33,083 nt of DNA, taken from positions 1-33,083 of the forward strand of contig CAYHAT010000001.1 in NCBI GenBank assembly GCA_964354675.1. The letters run 5' to 3'. The DNA comes from an uncultured Actinomycetota bacterium. GTDB taxonomy: Bacteria; Actinomycetota; Geothermincolia; Geothermincolales; RBG-13-55-18. Shown piece after piece: positions 17,428 through 25,043 of the stretch; within the stretch, counting starts at the first letter, position 1; each line of letters begins with the position of its first letter. The position numbers and the translations under genes were made by a program. Under the pieces are notes generated by a model, which was given only the letters and a program-made list of their open reading frames with translations, did no database searches and was not told the DNA's origin.

Positions 17428-17549
17428 GATTGCAATAGAAACAACCATTCGAAAGGGAAGCGAAGATCCGTAGCGCGTGACGTGGTCACCTGAGTTGCGG
17501 GGAGCTAATGGTGAAACCGGCCCGATCGTTCAACACGGTCGGGCTTTTT
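17428..17549 (+). ncRNA. Candidate riboswitch aptamer or small RNA ending in an intrinsic terminator
   Basis: Nested helices: ACCAUU 17444-17449 / AAUGGU 17507-17512; CCGUAGC 17468-17474 / GUUGCGG 17494-17500; GUGAC 17477-17481 / GUCAC 17485-17489. Terminator stem 17520-17528 / 17536-17544 is followed by UUUUU at 17545-17549. Confidence 0.5.
17520..17549 (+). terminator. Rho-independent terminator
   Basis: 9-bp stem GCCCGAUCG / CGGUCGGGC (one G-U pair), 7-nt loop UUCAACA, then a five-U run. Confidence 0.7.
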
Positions 17550-17815
17550 CATACAAGGTCAAGCAGGCAAAAGAGGTTAGAGACAAAGGAGAGGACGCAA
17601 GAAGGGGTAGAAGGGCTGGAAAAGGGGCAGGCTTTCCGGTCTTGACCAGGACTTACTCGGCGTAGAGATCTGGTTCAGATTCTGGAGACATCACCTCCCC
17701 CTCTTCCCGGGACCGTCAGACGGAGCTCTTTTTCGCCTTACGCCCACAAGATCGAGAGGCGCGCTGTAATTGCGTCCCTACTGACGAGAAGGGCAAAAAA
17801 GCGGAGGTGACATTC

Positions 17816-20800
17816 ATGAGAAAATCGACCAAGTGGCTGGCCCTCGTCTCCATCACGGTATTGGTAGTGTTGACGCTTCTGGGCGGTATCGTTTCTGCAC
17901 TGGCTGGGAACGACAACGTACCGCCCGTCGTTGAACAGACCGTGATGGCCGAGGGAGTGGCGGGTGCTGCGCCGGTGCAGGAAGTGATTCCGCCAGCGGA
18001 GGAACCCGTGGTAGAGGATGGGGCCGAGGCGCTGGCCCCCGCAACGGAGATCCTAGCAGATCCGGCGGGGGGTGGGGATCTCGTCGAGGCTCCCGCCACC
18101 GATACGCCGGTGATCGAGCCGGACGCAGGTACCCAGTGTAAAGGCAAGATCTGCGTCATCAAGTTCCTCGACACGAACGAGAACAGCGAGATAGATGGCG
18201 GCGAGATCGGTATGGCCGGGGTCACCATCACCCTCAACGGAGGGAACGCCAAACAGACCGGCAATGACGGCAAGGTCTGCTATGACGACCTCAATCCCGG
18301 TGAATACACTGTGAGTGAGATCGTCCCTACCGGCTACCATGCCACCACCCAGACCTCCTACTGCATAAAAATCTGCTGGGAAGATTGTGTGACGGTATAC
18401 TTCGGCAATGCCCCGAACATCGTGCTCAAGGGCTCCATCTCCGGCCATAAGTGGCTGGACCCGAACGGCGACGGCTCGTACGAGGACAAGACCCCGCTGG
18501 AGGGAGTGCCCATCGAGCTGTGGAAGGATAACACATTCTTCGACTCAACGACCACCGCATCAGACGGGAGCTACTCATTCACCGACCTCGAGCCGGGTAA
18601 TTATACCGTCAAGGAGATCTCCCCGGCAGGCATGGTCCCCATCCCGCCGGACAGCATAGACGTCACTTTGGCCGAGGGCCAGAACGAAACCGGCAAGGAT
18701 TTCTACAACAAGTACAAAGTGGTACTCAAGGGCTCCATCTCCGGCCACAAGTACGCGGATTACGACTGGGACGGAGAGCATGACCCCGGCGAGCCCGGTA
18801 AGGGCGGCGTGATCATCAAGCTCTTCAAGGATGGAGGCATGGTCGCGGAGACCACTACCGCCTCGGATGGCTCATACTCGTTTGACCAGCTCGCCGACGG
18901 GTCGTATACGGTAGAGGAGACGGTGCCCACCTATTGGAAGAACTCCTCCCCCATCAGCCTGGACGTGACCGTCGCGGATGGATCCCAGGTAACGGGGGTG
19001 GACTTCCACAATTACTGCGACTCCGGCGTGGTGGAGGTGATCTCCTTCTGGGACAAGGACTGCAACGGCAAGGGAGGGGACGACGTACAACTGGCCGGGG
19101 TCACCGTGCAGCTCATCCACAAGAAGGGTGGCGTATGGGTGCCCGCCGACGGGTACGACGGTTCTTCCCAGAAGACCACGGCTCCCGGCTGGTCCTACCC
19201 GCCCATATGGATGCCCATTCCCACCTGGTACGACGCGGTCACCGGATGGAACAACCTGCCGTGTAACGATGGAAGCGGAGTGGCCTGGTACGACGTCAAC
19301 GTCATCAGCATTCCGGACGGATGGACTCTCAGCGAGAAGTGGCCCACGGGTCCGTACGCGCTCAAGTGCGAGTCCATCTATTGCCGGTGGCAGCGGGTGG
19401 AGATCTACCTGACGCCCAAGTTCCACATCAACGGCCACAAGTACGAGGATAAAAACTGCAATGGCGTGATCGACGCCGGGGACACAGGCGTGCCGGGAGT
19501 GGAGGTCAAGCTCTTCAAGTGGAACGAGGGGAGCGACACCTACGAGTACGTGAAGTCGACCACCACCGCTGGCGCCAATGGCTACTACGAGTTCACCGGG
19601 CTTCTGCCGGGTACCTACAAGGTGCAGGAGATCCTCACCGCGGAGCTGCTCGAGGACTGGTTTATCGTCAGCCCCGCCGGGGGCGTGTACGAGGGCGTCG
19701 CGGTCTCGTGCGGCAGCAGCATCGAGAATAAAGACTTCCTCAACGCCCGCTACGGAGCCATCTCCGGCCATAAGTACGAGGATAAGAACTGCAATGGCGT
19801 GATCGACGCCGGGGACACAGGCGTGCCGGGAGTGGAGGTCAAGCTCTTCAAGTGGAACGAGGGGAGCGACACCTACGAGTACGTGAAGTCGACCACCACC
19901 GCTGGCGCCAATGGCTACTACGAGTTCACCGGGCTTCTGCCGGGTACCTACAAGGTGCAGGAGATCCTCACCGCGGAGCTGCTCGAGGACTGGTTTATCG
20001 TCAGCCCCGCCGGGGGCGTGTACGAGGGCGTCGCGGTCTCGTGCGGCAGCAGCATCGAGAATAAAGACTTCCTCAACGCCCGCTACGGAGCCATCGAGGG
20101 CTGGAAGTACTGGGATAAGGACGAGAACGGCATCATGGACGGAGAAGACGAGGGCCTGGCAGGCGTGACTATCATCCTCACGCCCGAGGTAGGTCCATCC
20201 CAGACCGCGGTGACCGACGAGGACGGGTATTTCTTCTTCGATAAACTGCTGCCCGGTAAGTATACGGTCAGCGTGGACGAGTCTACGGCCCCCGATTACT
20301 ATCCCATAAGCGCCACCTCCATCGAGGTGGAGGTGACCTGTGGAAAGACGACAAAAGTCTACTTCTCCGAGGCTCCCTACGGCTCCATCTCCGGCAAGAA
20401 GTGGCTCGACGCCGACTTCGACGGCATATGGGGCGAGGACGAGACGGTGGTCATCGAGGGCATCACCATCAAGCTCTACGCCGGCAACCCGCCGCAGGAG
20501 CTCATCGGCACGCAAGTGACCGGCGAGGATGGGTACTACGAGTTCACCGGCCTCCAGCCCGGGACCTATACCGTCGTGGAGGAGGGCAAGGAGGGTTACT
20601 TCTCCTGCACCCCCGACAGCGTACTGGTCGAGCTCTCGGCGGGAGAGGGCGCCGTGGTAGACTTCGGCAACTGCCCTTACGGGCGCATCGAGGGATTGAA
20701 GTTCCTCGACCTCGACGGTGACGGAGCCCAGGATCCGGGCGAGCCCACCCTGGAGGGCGTGGAGATCACCCTCGTAGGTCTCGGCGACGTCGGTGCCATG

Positions 20801-21430
20801 GCCGTGGCCACCACGGGCAAGGACGGCACCTTCGTCTTCAAGAACCTGCTGCCGGGTGAATATTCTGTGGAGGAAAAGGTGCCCTCCGGCTACTACGCCA
20901 CGCGGCCTATAAAGGTCGAGGTGGTCGTGGGACCGGGTGAGAGCGTGTCGGTGATCTTCGCCAACGCTCTCTACGGCTCCATCCTCGGGAACAAGTGGCT
21001 GGACGACGGCGACAGCCAACTCGACCCGACGAAGGACAAGCCCAAGGCGGGTATGACCGTCAAGCTCACCGGCAAGTCCATCGGCGGCGAAACGGTCAGC
21101 ATGCAGACGACCACTGCGCAGGACGGGAGTTACTCCTTCCTCCTGCTCGAGGCCGGCAGCTATAACGTGACCGAGGTCTACGATCCCCAGAAGATGAAGG
21201 CCATCTCCCCGGACAGCGTCGACGTGACGCTAGCCCCGGGCGGCAAGGCGATCGTGGACTTCCTGAACGTGGAGACCGAGGTGGGAGGCGAAGTAGTGAC
21301 TCCGCCCTCCGGAGAGACGCTTCCCACGACCGGCATGGACCAACTGCCATTGCTCATAGCGGCGGCTATCCTCGTGGTCATCGGCCTGGCTTTCCTGGCC
21401 TTCGGCCTGCGCCGCCGCTACCAGGAATAG
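17816..21430 (+). CDS. LPXTG cell-wall-anchored surface protein with about ten SdrD-B/Cna-B-like (prealbumin-fold) repeat domains; putative Ca-binding adhesin
   Basis: ATG 17816 with GGAGGTGA SD 6 nt upstream. Signal peptide MRKSTKWLALVSITVLVVLTLLGGIVSALA. Repeated W/Y-x-D-x-D/N-x-D/N-G loops and G-x-Y-T/K-V-x-E motifs. C-terminal LPTTG, a hydrophobic helix and an RRRYQE tail. Confidence 0.93.
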   Translation: MRKSTKWLALVSITVLVVLTLLGGIVSALAGNDNVPPVVEQTVMAEGVAGAAPVQEVIPPAEEPVVEDGAEALAPATEILADPAGGGDLVEAPATDTPVIEPDAGTQCKGKICVIKFLDTNENSEIDGGEIGMAGVTITLNGGNAKQTGNDGKVCYDDLNPGEYTVSEIVPTGYHATTQTSYCIKICWEDCVTVYFGNAPNIVLKGSISGHKWLDPNGDGSYEDKTPLEGVPIELWKDNTFFDSTTTASDGSYSFTDLEPGNYTVKEISPAGMVPIPPDSIDVTLAEGQNETGKDFYNKYKVVLKGSISGHKYADYDWDGEHDPGEPGKGGVIIKLFKDGGMVAETTTASDGSYSFDQLADGSYTVEETVPTYWKNSSPISLDVTVADGSQVTGVDFHNYCDSGVVEVISFWDKDCNGKGGDDVQLAGVTVQLIHKKGGVWVPADGYDGSSQKTTAPGWSYPPIWMPIPTWYDAVTGWNNLPCNDGSGVAWYDVNVISIPDGWTLSEKWPTGPYALKCESIYCRWQRVEIYLTPKFHINGHKYEDKNCNGVIDAGDTGVPGVEVKLFKWNEGSDTYEYVKSTTTAGANGYYEFTGLLPGTYKVQEILTAELLEDWFIVSPAGGVYEGVAVSCGSSIENKDFLNARYGAISGHKYEDKNCNGVIDAGDTGVPGVEVKLFKWNEGSDTYEYVKSTTTAGANGYYEFTGLLPGTYKVQEILTAELLEDWFIVSPAGGVYEGVAVSCGSSIENKDFLNARYGAIEGWKYWDKDENGIMDGEDEGLAGVTIILTPEVGPSQTAVTDEDGYFFFDKLLPGKYTVSVDESTAPDYYPISATSIEVEVTCGKTTKVYFSEAPYGSISGKKWLDADFDGIWGEDETVVIEGITIKLYAGNPPQELIGTQVTGEDGYYEFTGLQPGTYTVVEEGKEGYFSCTPDSVLVELSAGEGAVVDFGNCPYGRIEGLKFLDLDGDGAQDPGEPTLEGVEITLVGLGDVGAMAVATTGKDGTFVFKNLLPGEYSVEEKVPSGYYATRPIKVEVVVGPGESVSVIFANALYGSILGNKWLDDGDSQLDPTKDKPKAGMTVKLTGKSIGGETVSMQTTTAQDGSYSFLLLEAGSYNVTEVYDPQKMKAISPDSVDVTLAPGGKAIVDFLNVETEVGGEVVTPPSGETLPTTGMDQLPLLIAAAILVVIGLAFLAFGLRRRYQE
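19432..20095 (+). repeat. Near-perfect in-frame tandem duplication (2 x 333 bp) of one adhesin domain
   Basis: Offset is exactly 333 nt. 19454-19762 is identical to 19787-20095; the only differences are near the 5' edge (19438/19771 and 19453/19786). The encoded 111-aa units are identical after the first residues. Confidence 0.95.
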
Positions 21431-21457
21431 CATAATCCGACAACGTCACACCGCTTA

Positions 21458-21485
21458 GGAAAGGGCCCCTCCGGGGGCCCTTTCC
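21458..21485. terminator. Perfect 12-bp GC-rich hairpin after the adhesin gene (terminator-like, no clear U tract)
   Basis: GGAAAGGGCCCC (21458-21469), loop UCCG, GGGGCCCUUUCC (21474-21485). It starts 28 nt after the stop codon. Confidence 0.55.
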
Positions 21486-21488
21486 AAT

Positions 21489-21701
21489 GGGGCCAAGCCC
21501 GGACAGGGGACATAACGAGAGCCAAACAGAATGGCAGGGGAGAAAGCGGGCAACACTCCGGGGTCAGGCCTCGAAAATCTGCCTCTCAACCCGCCTCAAC
21601 AATATCAATCTTCGCGAACAGGAGAAGCAATTTTCGAGGCCTGACCCCGGAGTGTTGCCCCACCATAGCTCTTGTTATGTCCCCTGTCCGGGCTTGGCCC
21701 C
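21489..21701. repeat. Nested long hairpin element, family A, copy 2
   Basis: Outer 34-bp inverted repeat 21489-21522 / 21668-21701 (a single G:T opposition). Inner arms 21548-21587 / 21622-21660 are homologous to copy 1. 34-nt loop at 21588-21621. Confidence 0.8.
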
Positions 21702-21703
21702 TT

Positions 21704-22165
21704 TTACCACTCGAAAGCGATATCGGGGTCGTCGTAGGGGATGCGTTCCTCGTCAGGGTCAGCGGGATCGTAGCTCTCGGTGGTGTGATAGAAGAGGCCC
21801 ACCGGCCGGTCGCCCAACACCTGGTAGCCGTGGGCCACACCGGGAGGGATGACTATGAGCAGCGGCTTGTGCTCGCCTGTGAATATGACCTGGGTGCGGC
21901 GGTAGGTGGGGGAATCCTCCCTCAGGTCGTGCAGTACGACCCGAGCTTCACCCATGGCCATGTACCACAGGTCATATTGCTTGCGGTGCCAGTGAAAGGC
22001 CTTTATCACGCCGGGGTAGGTGACGGTGTAGGTGGTTTGCCCGAAACGCTCCAGGAGGGCATCGTCGTCGCGCAGCACCTCCAGCAGATACCCACGCTCA
22101 TCGCAGAAACGCGCCAGGGTTTTGACGCGCACACCGTCTATAGCTTCAGCGAACCGTTCATCCAT
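21704..22165 (-). CDS. rmlC: dTDP-4-dehydrorhamnose 3,5-epimerase-like cupin (short RmlC/SpsL type)
   Basis: FCDERGYLLEV, IKAFHWHRKQYDLWYMAMGEARVVLHDLREDSPTY, IPPGVAHGYQVLGD, YDPADPDEERIPYDDPDIAFEW. This matches the RmlC cupin pattern at 153 aa. Confidence 0.82.
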   Translation of the reverse strand: MDERFAEAIDGVRVKTLARFCDERGYLLEVLRDDDALLERFGQTTYTVTYPGVIKAFHWHRKQYDLWYMAMGEARVVLHDLREDSPTYRRTQVIFTGEHKPLLIVIPPGVAHGYQVLGDRPVGLFYHTTESYDPADPDEERIPYDDPDIAFEW

Positions 22166-22256
22166 GACTCATCACCCTAGTAAAGGTTAGCGGAGTGAGC
22201 CCCCCAAGGCAACCAGCGCGACACCCATCCGGATGGTACTCCCCCGCACGATTGTT

Positions 22257-22423
22257 TGCATCGCGTAAGCGACAGCGCCTTTATTTCCCGCGGGTAAGCG
22301 CCTCCACACCGAAGGTGTGGCGGACTGACCCCAGTCAAATATCCTAACGCGACGGTGCCAGTTTTTCCAGCCCGGGGCCTCGGGGTAACGGTGACTCTGG
22401 CGAGGCAAGGCCTGGCACGTGTA
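22257..22423 (+). repeat. Three-block intergenic module, family B, copy 1
   Basis: Block 1 TGCATCGCGTAAGCGACAGCGCC at 22257-22279, block 2 GCGACGGTGCC at 22349-22359, block 3 AGGCCTGGCACGTGTA at 22408-22423. All three are repeated identically at 27306-27424. Confidence 0.7.
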
Positions 22424-22566
22424 TGTCCGAATGTCCATGCATAGCACGCATGCGCGCGTAACGACGTATTGGCGCCGGGGCTCACTTTCATGTTAAGTTT
22501 CTAGTGTATTTATGGGATGGTTCACTTGTGTCGAGCCGCACGGAGGGTTATTAAAAGGGAGCGGGA

Positions 22567-23427
22567 ATGCGCGTTATCATCTGCGGCGCCGCCGGTCAAC
22601 TGGGAACGGATCTGGTGGAGGCCTTCCGGACCAGAGGCGAAGAGGTGCTGGGCTTCGACCTCGACCTGGATATAACGGATTATTCCCTGGTCATGGAGAA
22701 GATACTCCTCTTGAAGCCGGACCTCTTGATCAACGCCGCCGCCCATACCGACCTCGACCGGGCGGAGATAGACCCAGAGCCTTCCTTTAGAATCAACTTC
22801 ACCGGTACCCAGAACCTGGCCCTGGCCTGCCAGGAGGTCGGATGCCCCATGGCTTTTTTTAGCACGGATTATGTCTTCGACGGTAAAAAAGGAACGCCGT
22901 ATAACGAGTTGGACGAGCCCAACCCCCAAGGAGCATACGCAAGATCCAAATTGGCCTCGGAACGTTACCTGGTCTCCGTGCTTCGGCGTTACTTTATCTT
23001 CCGCACCGCCTGGCTCTTTGGGAAAGCCGGGCGTCGTAACTTCGTCAAGAGCATCTTGCGCAATGCCAAGGAGAAGGGTGCCCTACGCGTGGTGACCGAC
23101 GAGGTGGGTACCCCCACCTACGCGGGTGACCTGGCCAATATAGTCTATCAAGTCTGCCTCTCGGGTAAGTACGGGCTATACCACGCAACTAATGAGGGAT
23201 TCTGCTCGCGCTTCGAGTTCGCGCAGCAGATCATCGACATCGCGGGCTGGGAGGACATCCCCATCGAGCCTATCGTCTACGCCGACCTGGACCTCCCCTG
23301 CCCCCGCCCACCTTATTCACCCCTGGACAACATGAACCTGCGACTGCAGGGCTTCCCGCCCGCCCGGCACTATGTGAAGCCCCTGCGGGAATATATAGAG
23401 TGGTTGTTGGAAAACGAAGGCTTCTAG
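22567..23427 (+). CDS. rmlD: dTDP-4-dehydrorhamnose reductase
   Basis: MRVIICGAAGQLGTDL (Rossmann), STDYVFDG, YARSKLASE (YxxxK), RTAWLFG. The length is typical for RmlD. Confidence 0.92.
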   Translation: MRVIICGAAGQLGTDLVEAFRTRGEEVLGFDLDLDITDYSLVMEKILLLKPDLLINAAAHTDLDRAEIDPEPSFRINFTGTQNLALACQEVGCPMAFFSTDYVFDGKKGTPYNELDEPNPQGAYARSKLASERYLVSVLRRYFIFRTAWLFGKAGRRNFVKSILRNAKEKGALRVVTDEVGTPTYAGDLANIVYQVCLSGKYGLYHATNEGFCSRFEFAQQIIDIAGWEDIPIEPIVYADLDLPCPRPPYSPLDNMNLRLQGFPPARHYVKPLREYIEWLLENEGF

Positions 23428-23437
23428 GGGGCGCGGG

Positions 23438-24781
23438 ATGTATGACCTTATCGTAGTGGGGGCAGGGTGCGCCGGGTGCGTGGCCGCGCAGAGGACGGCG
23501 CAGCAAGGCTTCAAAGCGCTCGTGCTCGACCGCCGATCCCCGGATGATCTGGGCCACACCTGGGTGAACGGCGTAGAGCGCACGGTCTTCGACCGCCTGG
23601 GCATCGCGCTACCCTCGGGGGAGGAGACCATGCCCTCGCCCCTGAGCTCCCGCCTCTTCGGACCCGCCGGCACCCATTGCATCGAGACCACCTCAAACCC
23701 CACCATCGAAGTGCGCATGAGCGTCTTTGCCCGCCGCCTCCTGGCCGCCGCCGTGGAGGCCGGCGCGGAGTTCAGGGGGGGCACGCCGGTAGCCCGCCCC
23801 ATCCTGGAAGGGGACCGGGTGGCGGGCGTGGTGACCGCATCCGGGGAGGAGATCCCCGCCAAGGTGGTAGTGGACGCTTCGGGGTGGGAGGCCGTCATCC
23901 GCCACGAGCTCCCCGATAGCTCCCCCATCCCCCACGAGATCGAGGAGGGCTGCCTGGTGACCGCCTGGAGGGAGCAGAGGCGTTTCGGCCCCGACGAGGC
24001 GGCAGAGGTCCCACGCAAGCTGGACATCCCCTCCGATATCAGCGTGAACAGGGTAGGGTGGCGCGGCGGGTACTCCGTGCTCATGCTGCACTGGGATCCG
24101 CGGGAGAACGAGCTTGATATCCTGGTGGGTTTCAACAAGACCGAGTCCAAGGAGTCGGCGGGGCAGTTCGTCGCTGGCTTCTTCAAGGAAAAAGGCCTGG
24201 GCGGAGAACGGTTCTATGGAGGAGGAGGCCTGATACCAGTACGGCGTTCCCTGGATGTACTGGTGGACCACGGTATCCTCCTGGCCGGGGACTCCGCCTG
24301 CATGGTCATCCCCGCCCACGGCTCCGGCGTGGCCTCCTCTCTCATCGCCGGGGATCTGGCCTCCCTCACCATCTCCCGCTGCCTGCGGGAGGAAGACACC
24401 AGCCGCGATAACCTCTGGGAATACGCCGCCTCCTACCAGCGCGGCCGGGGCGCCATGATGGCCTACTTCGACGTCACGCGCGGGCTCACCGACAACTTCG
24501 ACCGGGCCGATATGGAGAAACTGGTGAGCTACGTCATGACCCCAGGCGACGTCGAAGCGGGCCTGCGGGCCGAACCCCTGGGCATCGACCTCAAGGACGC
24601 TTTACGCCGGGTGCGCAGCTTGCGCCATCCCATCTTCACCGCCCGCTTCGCCTGGTTAGCCAGCGCGGCTATAACCTTGAAGAAGGTCTACGAGGACTAC
24701 CCAGAGCGCTACGATCCTGCGCAACTGGAAGAGTGGCGTGATAGGGTCGGGAAGGCAAGGCGTCGTCTGGAGACGGGTTAA
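23438..24781 (+). CDS. FAD-dependent oxidoreductase, geranylgeranyl-reductase family
   Basis: MYDLIVVGAGCAGCVAAQRTAQQGFKALVLDRR (GxGxxG plus an acidic residue), VVDASGWEAV, and LLAGDSACMVIPAHGSGVASSLIAG (the GD motif of GGR-like flavoproteins). Confidence 0.8.
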   Translation: MYDLIVVGAGCAGCVAAQRTAQQGFKALVLDRRSPDDLGHTWVNGVERTVFDRLGIALPSGEETMPSPLSSRLFGPAGTHCIETTSNPTIEVRMSVFARRLLAAAVEAGAEFRGGTPVARPILEGDRVAGVVTASGEEIPAKVVVDASGWEAVIRHELPDSSPIPHEIEEGCLVTAWREQRRFGPDEAAEVPRKLDIPSDISVNRVGWRGGYSVLMLHWDPRENELDILVGFNKTESKESAGQFVAGFFKEKGLGGERFYGGGGLIPVRRSLDVLVDHGILLAGDSACMVIPAHGSGVASSLIAGDLASLTISRCLREEDTSRDNLWEYAASYQRGRGAMMAYFDVTRGLTDNFDRADMEKLVSYVMTPGDVEAGLRAEPLGIDLKDALRRVRSLRHPIFTARFAWLASAAITLKKVYEDYPERYDPAQLEEWRDRVGKARRRLETG

Positions 24782-24913
24782 GTGCTCCGTTCCATAAATA
24801 CGGTCATGCACCGAGAGTGCCGATGCGCCGCGTCCGCAAGGCGCTTGACCCTGCGTACTCGCTGAGTACGTTGCAAGGAGCGGAGCTAGTCGAGTCGCTG
24901 TGCGACGAGACGT

Positions 24914-24946
24914 ATTGCGAGGAGGCGAAGCCGACGCGGCAATCTC
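24914..24946 (+). repeat. GC-rich hairpin repeat of the ATTGCGAG...GCAATCTC type
   Basis: The sequence is ATTGCGAGGAGGCGAAGCCGACGCGGCAATCTC. A related longer copy lies inverted at 33039-33081. Confidence 0.45.
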
Positions 24947-25043
24947 GATCGGGCATGACATTTCTATAGGACATAAAACGAGGGAATGCAGTGGTGATCG
25001 AATGCGAGCGTATTTGTGGAGCGGGGCACTCAGGGCAGGCCGC

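Noticed and set aside
19432-20095. Possible CRISPR-like or other non-coding tandem array
   Set aside because: There are only two units, they are in frame within the adhesin CDS, and there are no spacers. This is a domain duplication.
18872-21019. 715-aa ORF antisense to the adhesin gene
   Set aside because: It lies entirely inside the well-supported adhesin CDS and its translation is low-complexity (Gly/Val/Leu/Arg/His-rich). It is the usual stop-free antisense frame of a GC-rich gene. The internal repeat in it only mirrors the 333-bp duplication.
22411-22427. Sigma-54 -24-like TGGCACG in family B block 3 (also at 27412-27428)
   Set aside because: The -12 position lacks TTGC/GC at the required spacing in both copies. 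In copy 2 the plus-strand orientation would drive only antisense transcription.
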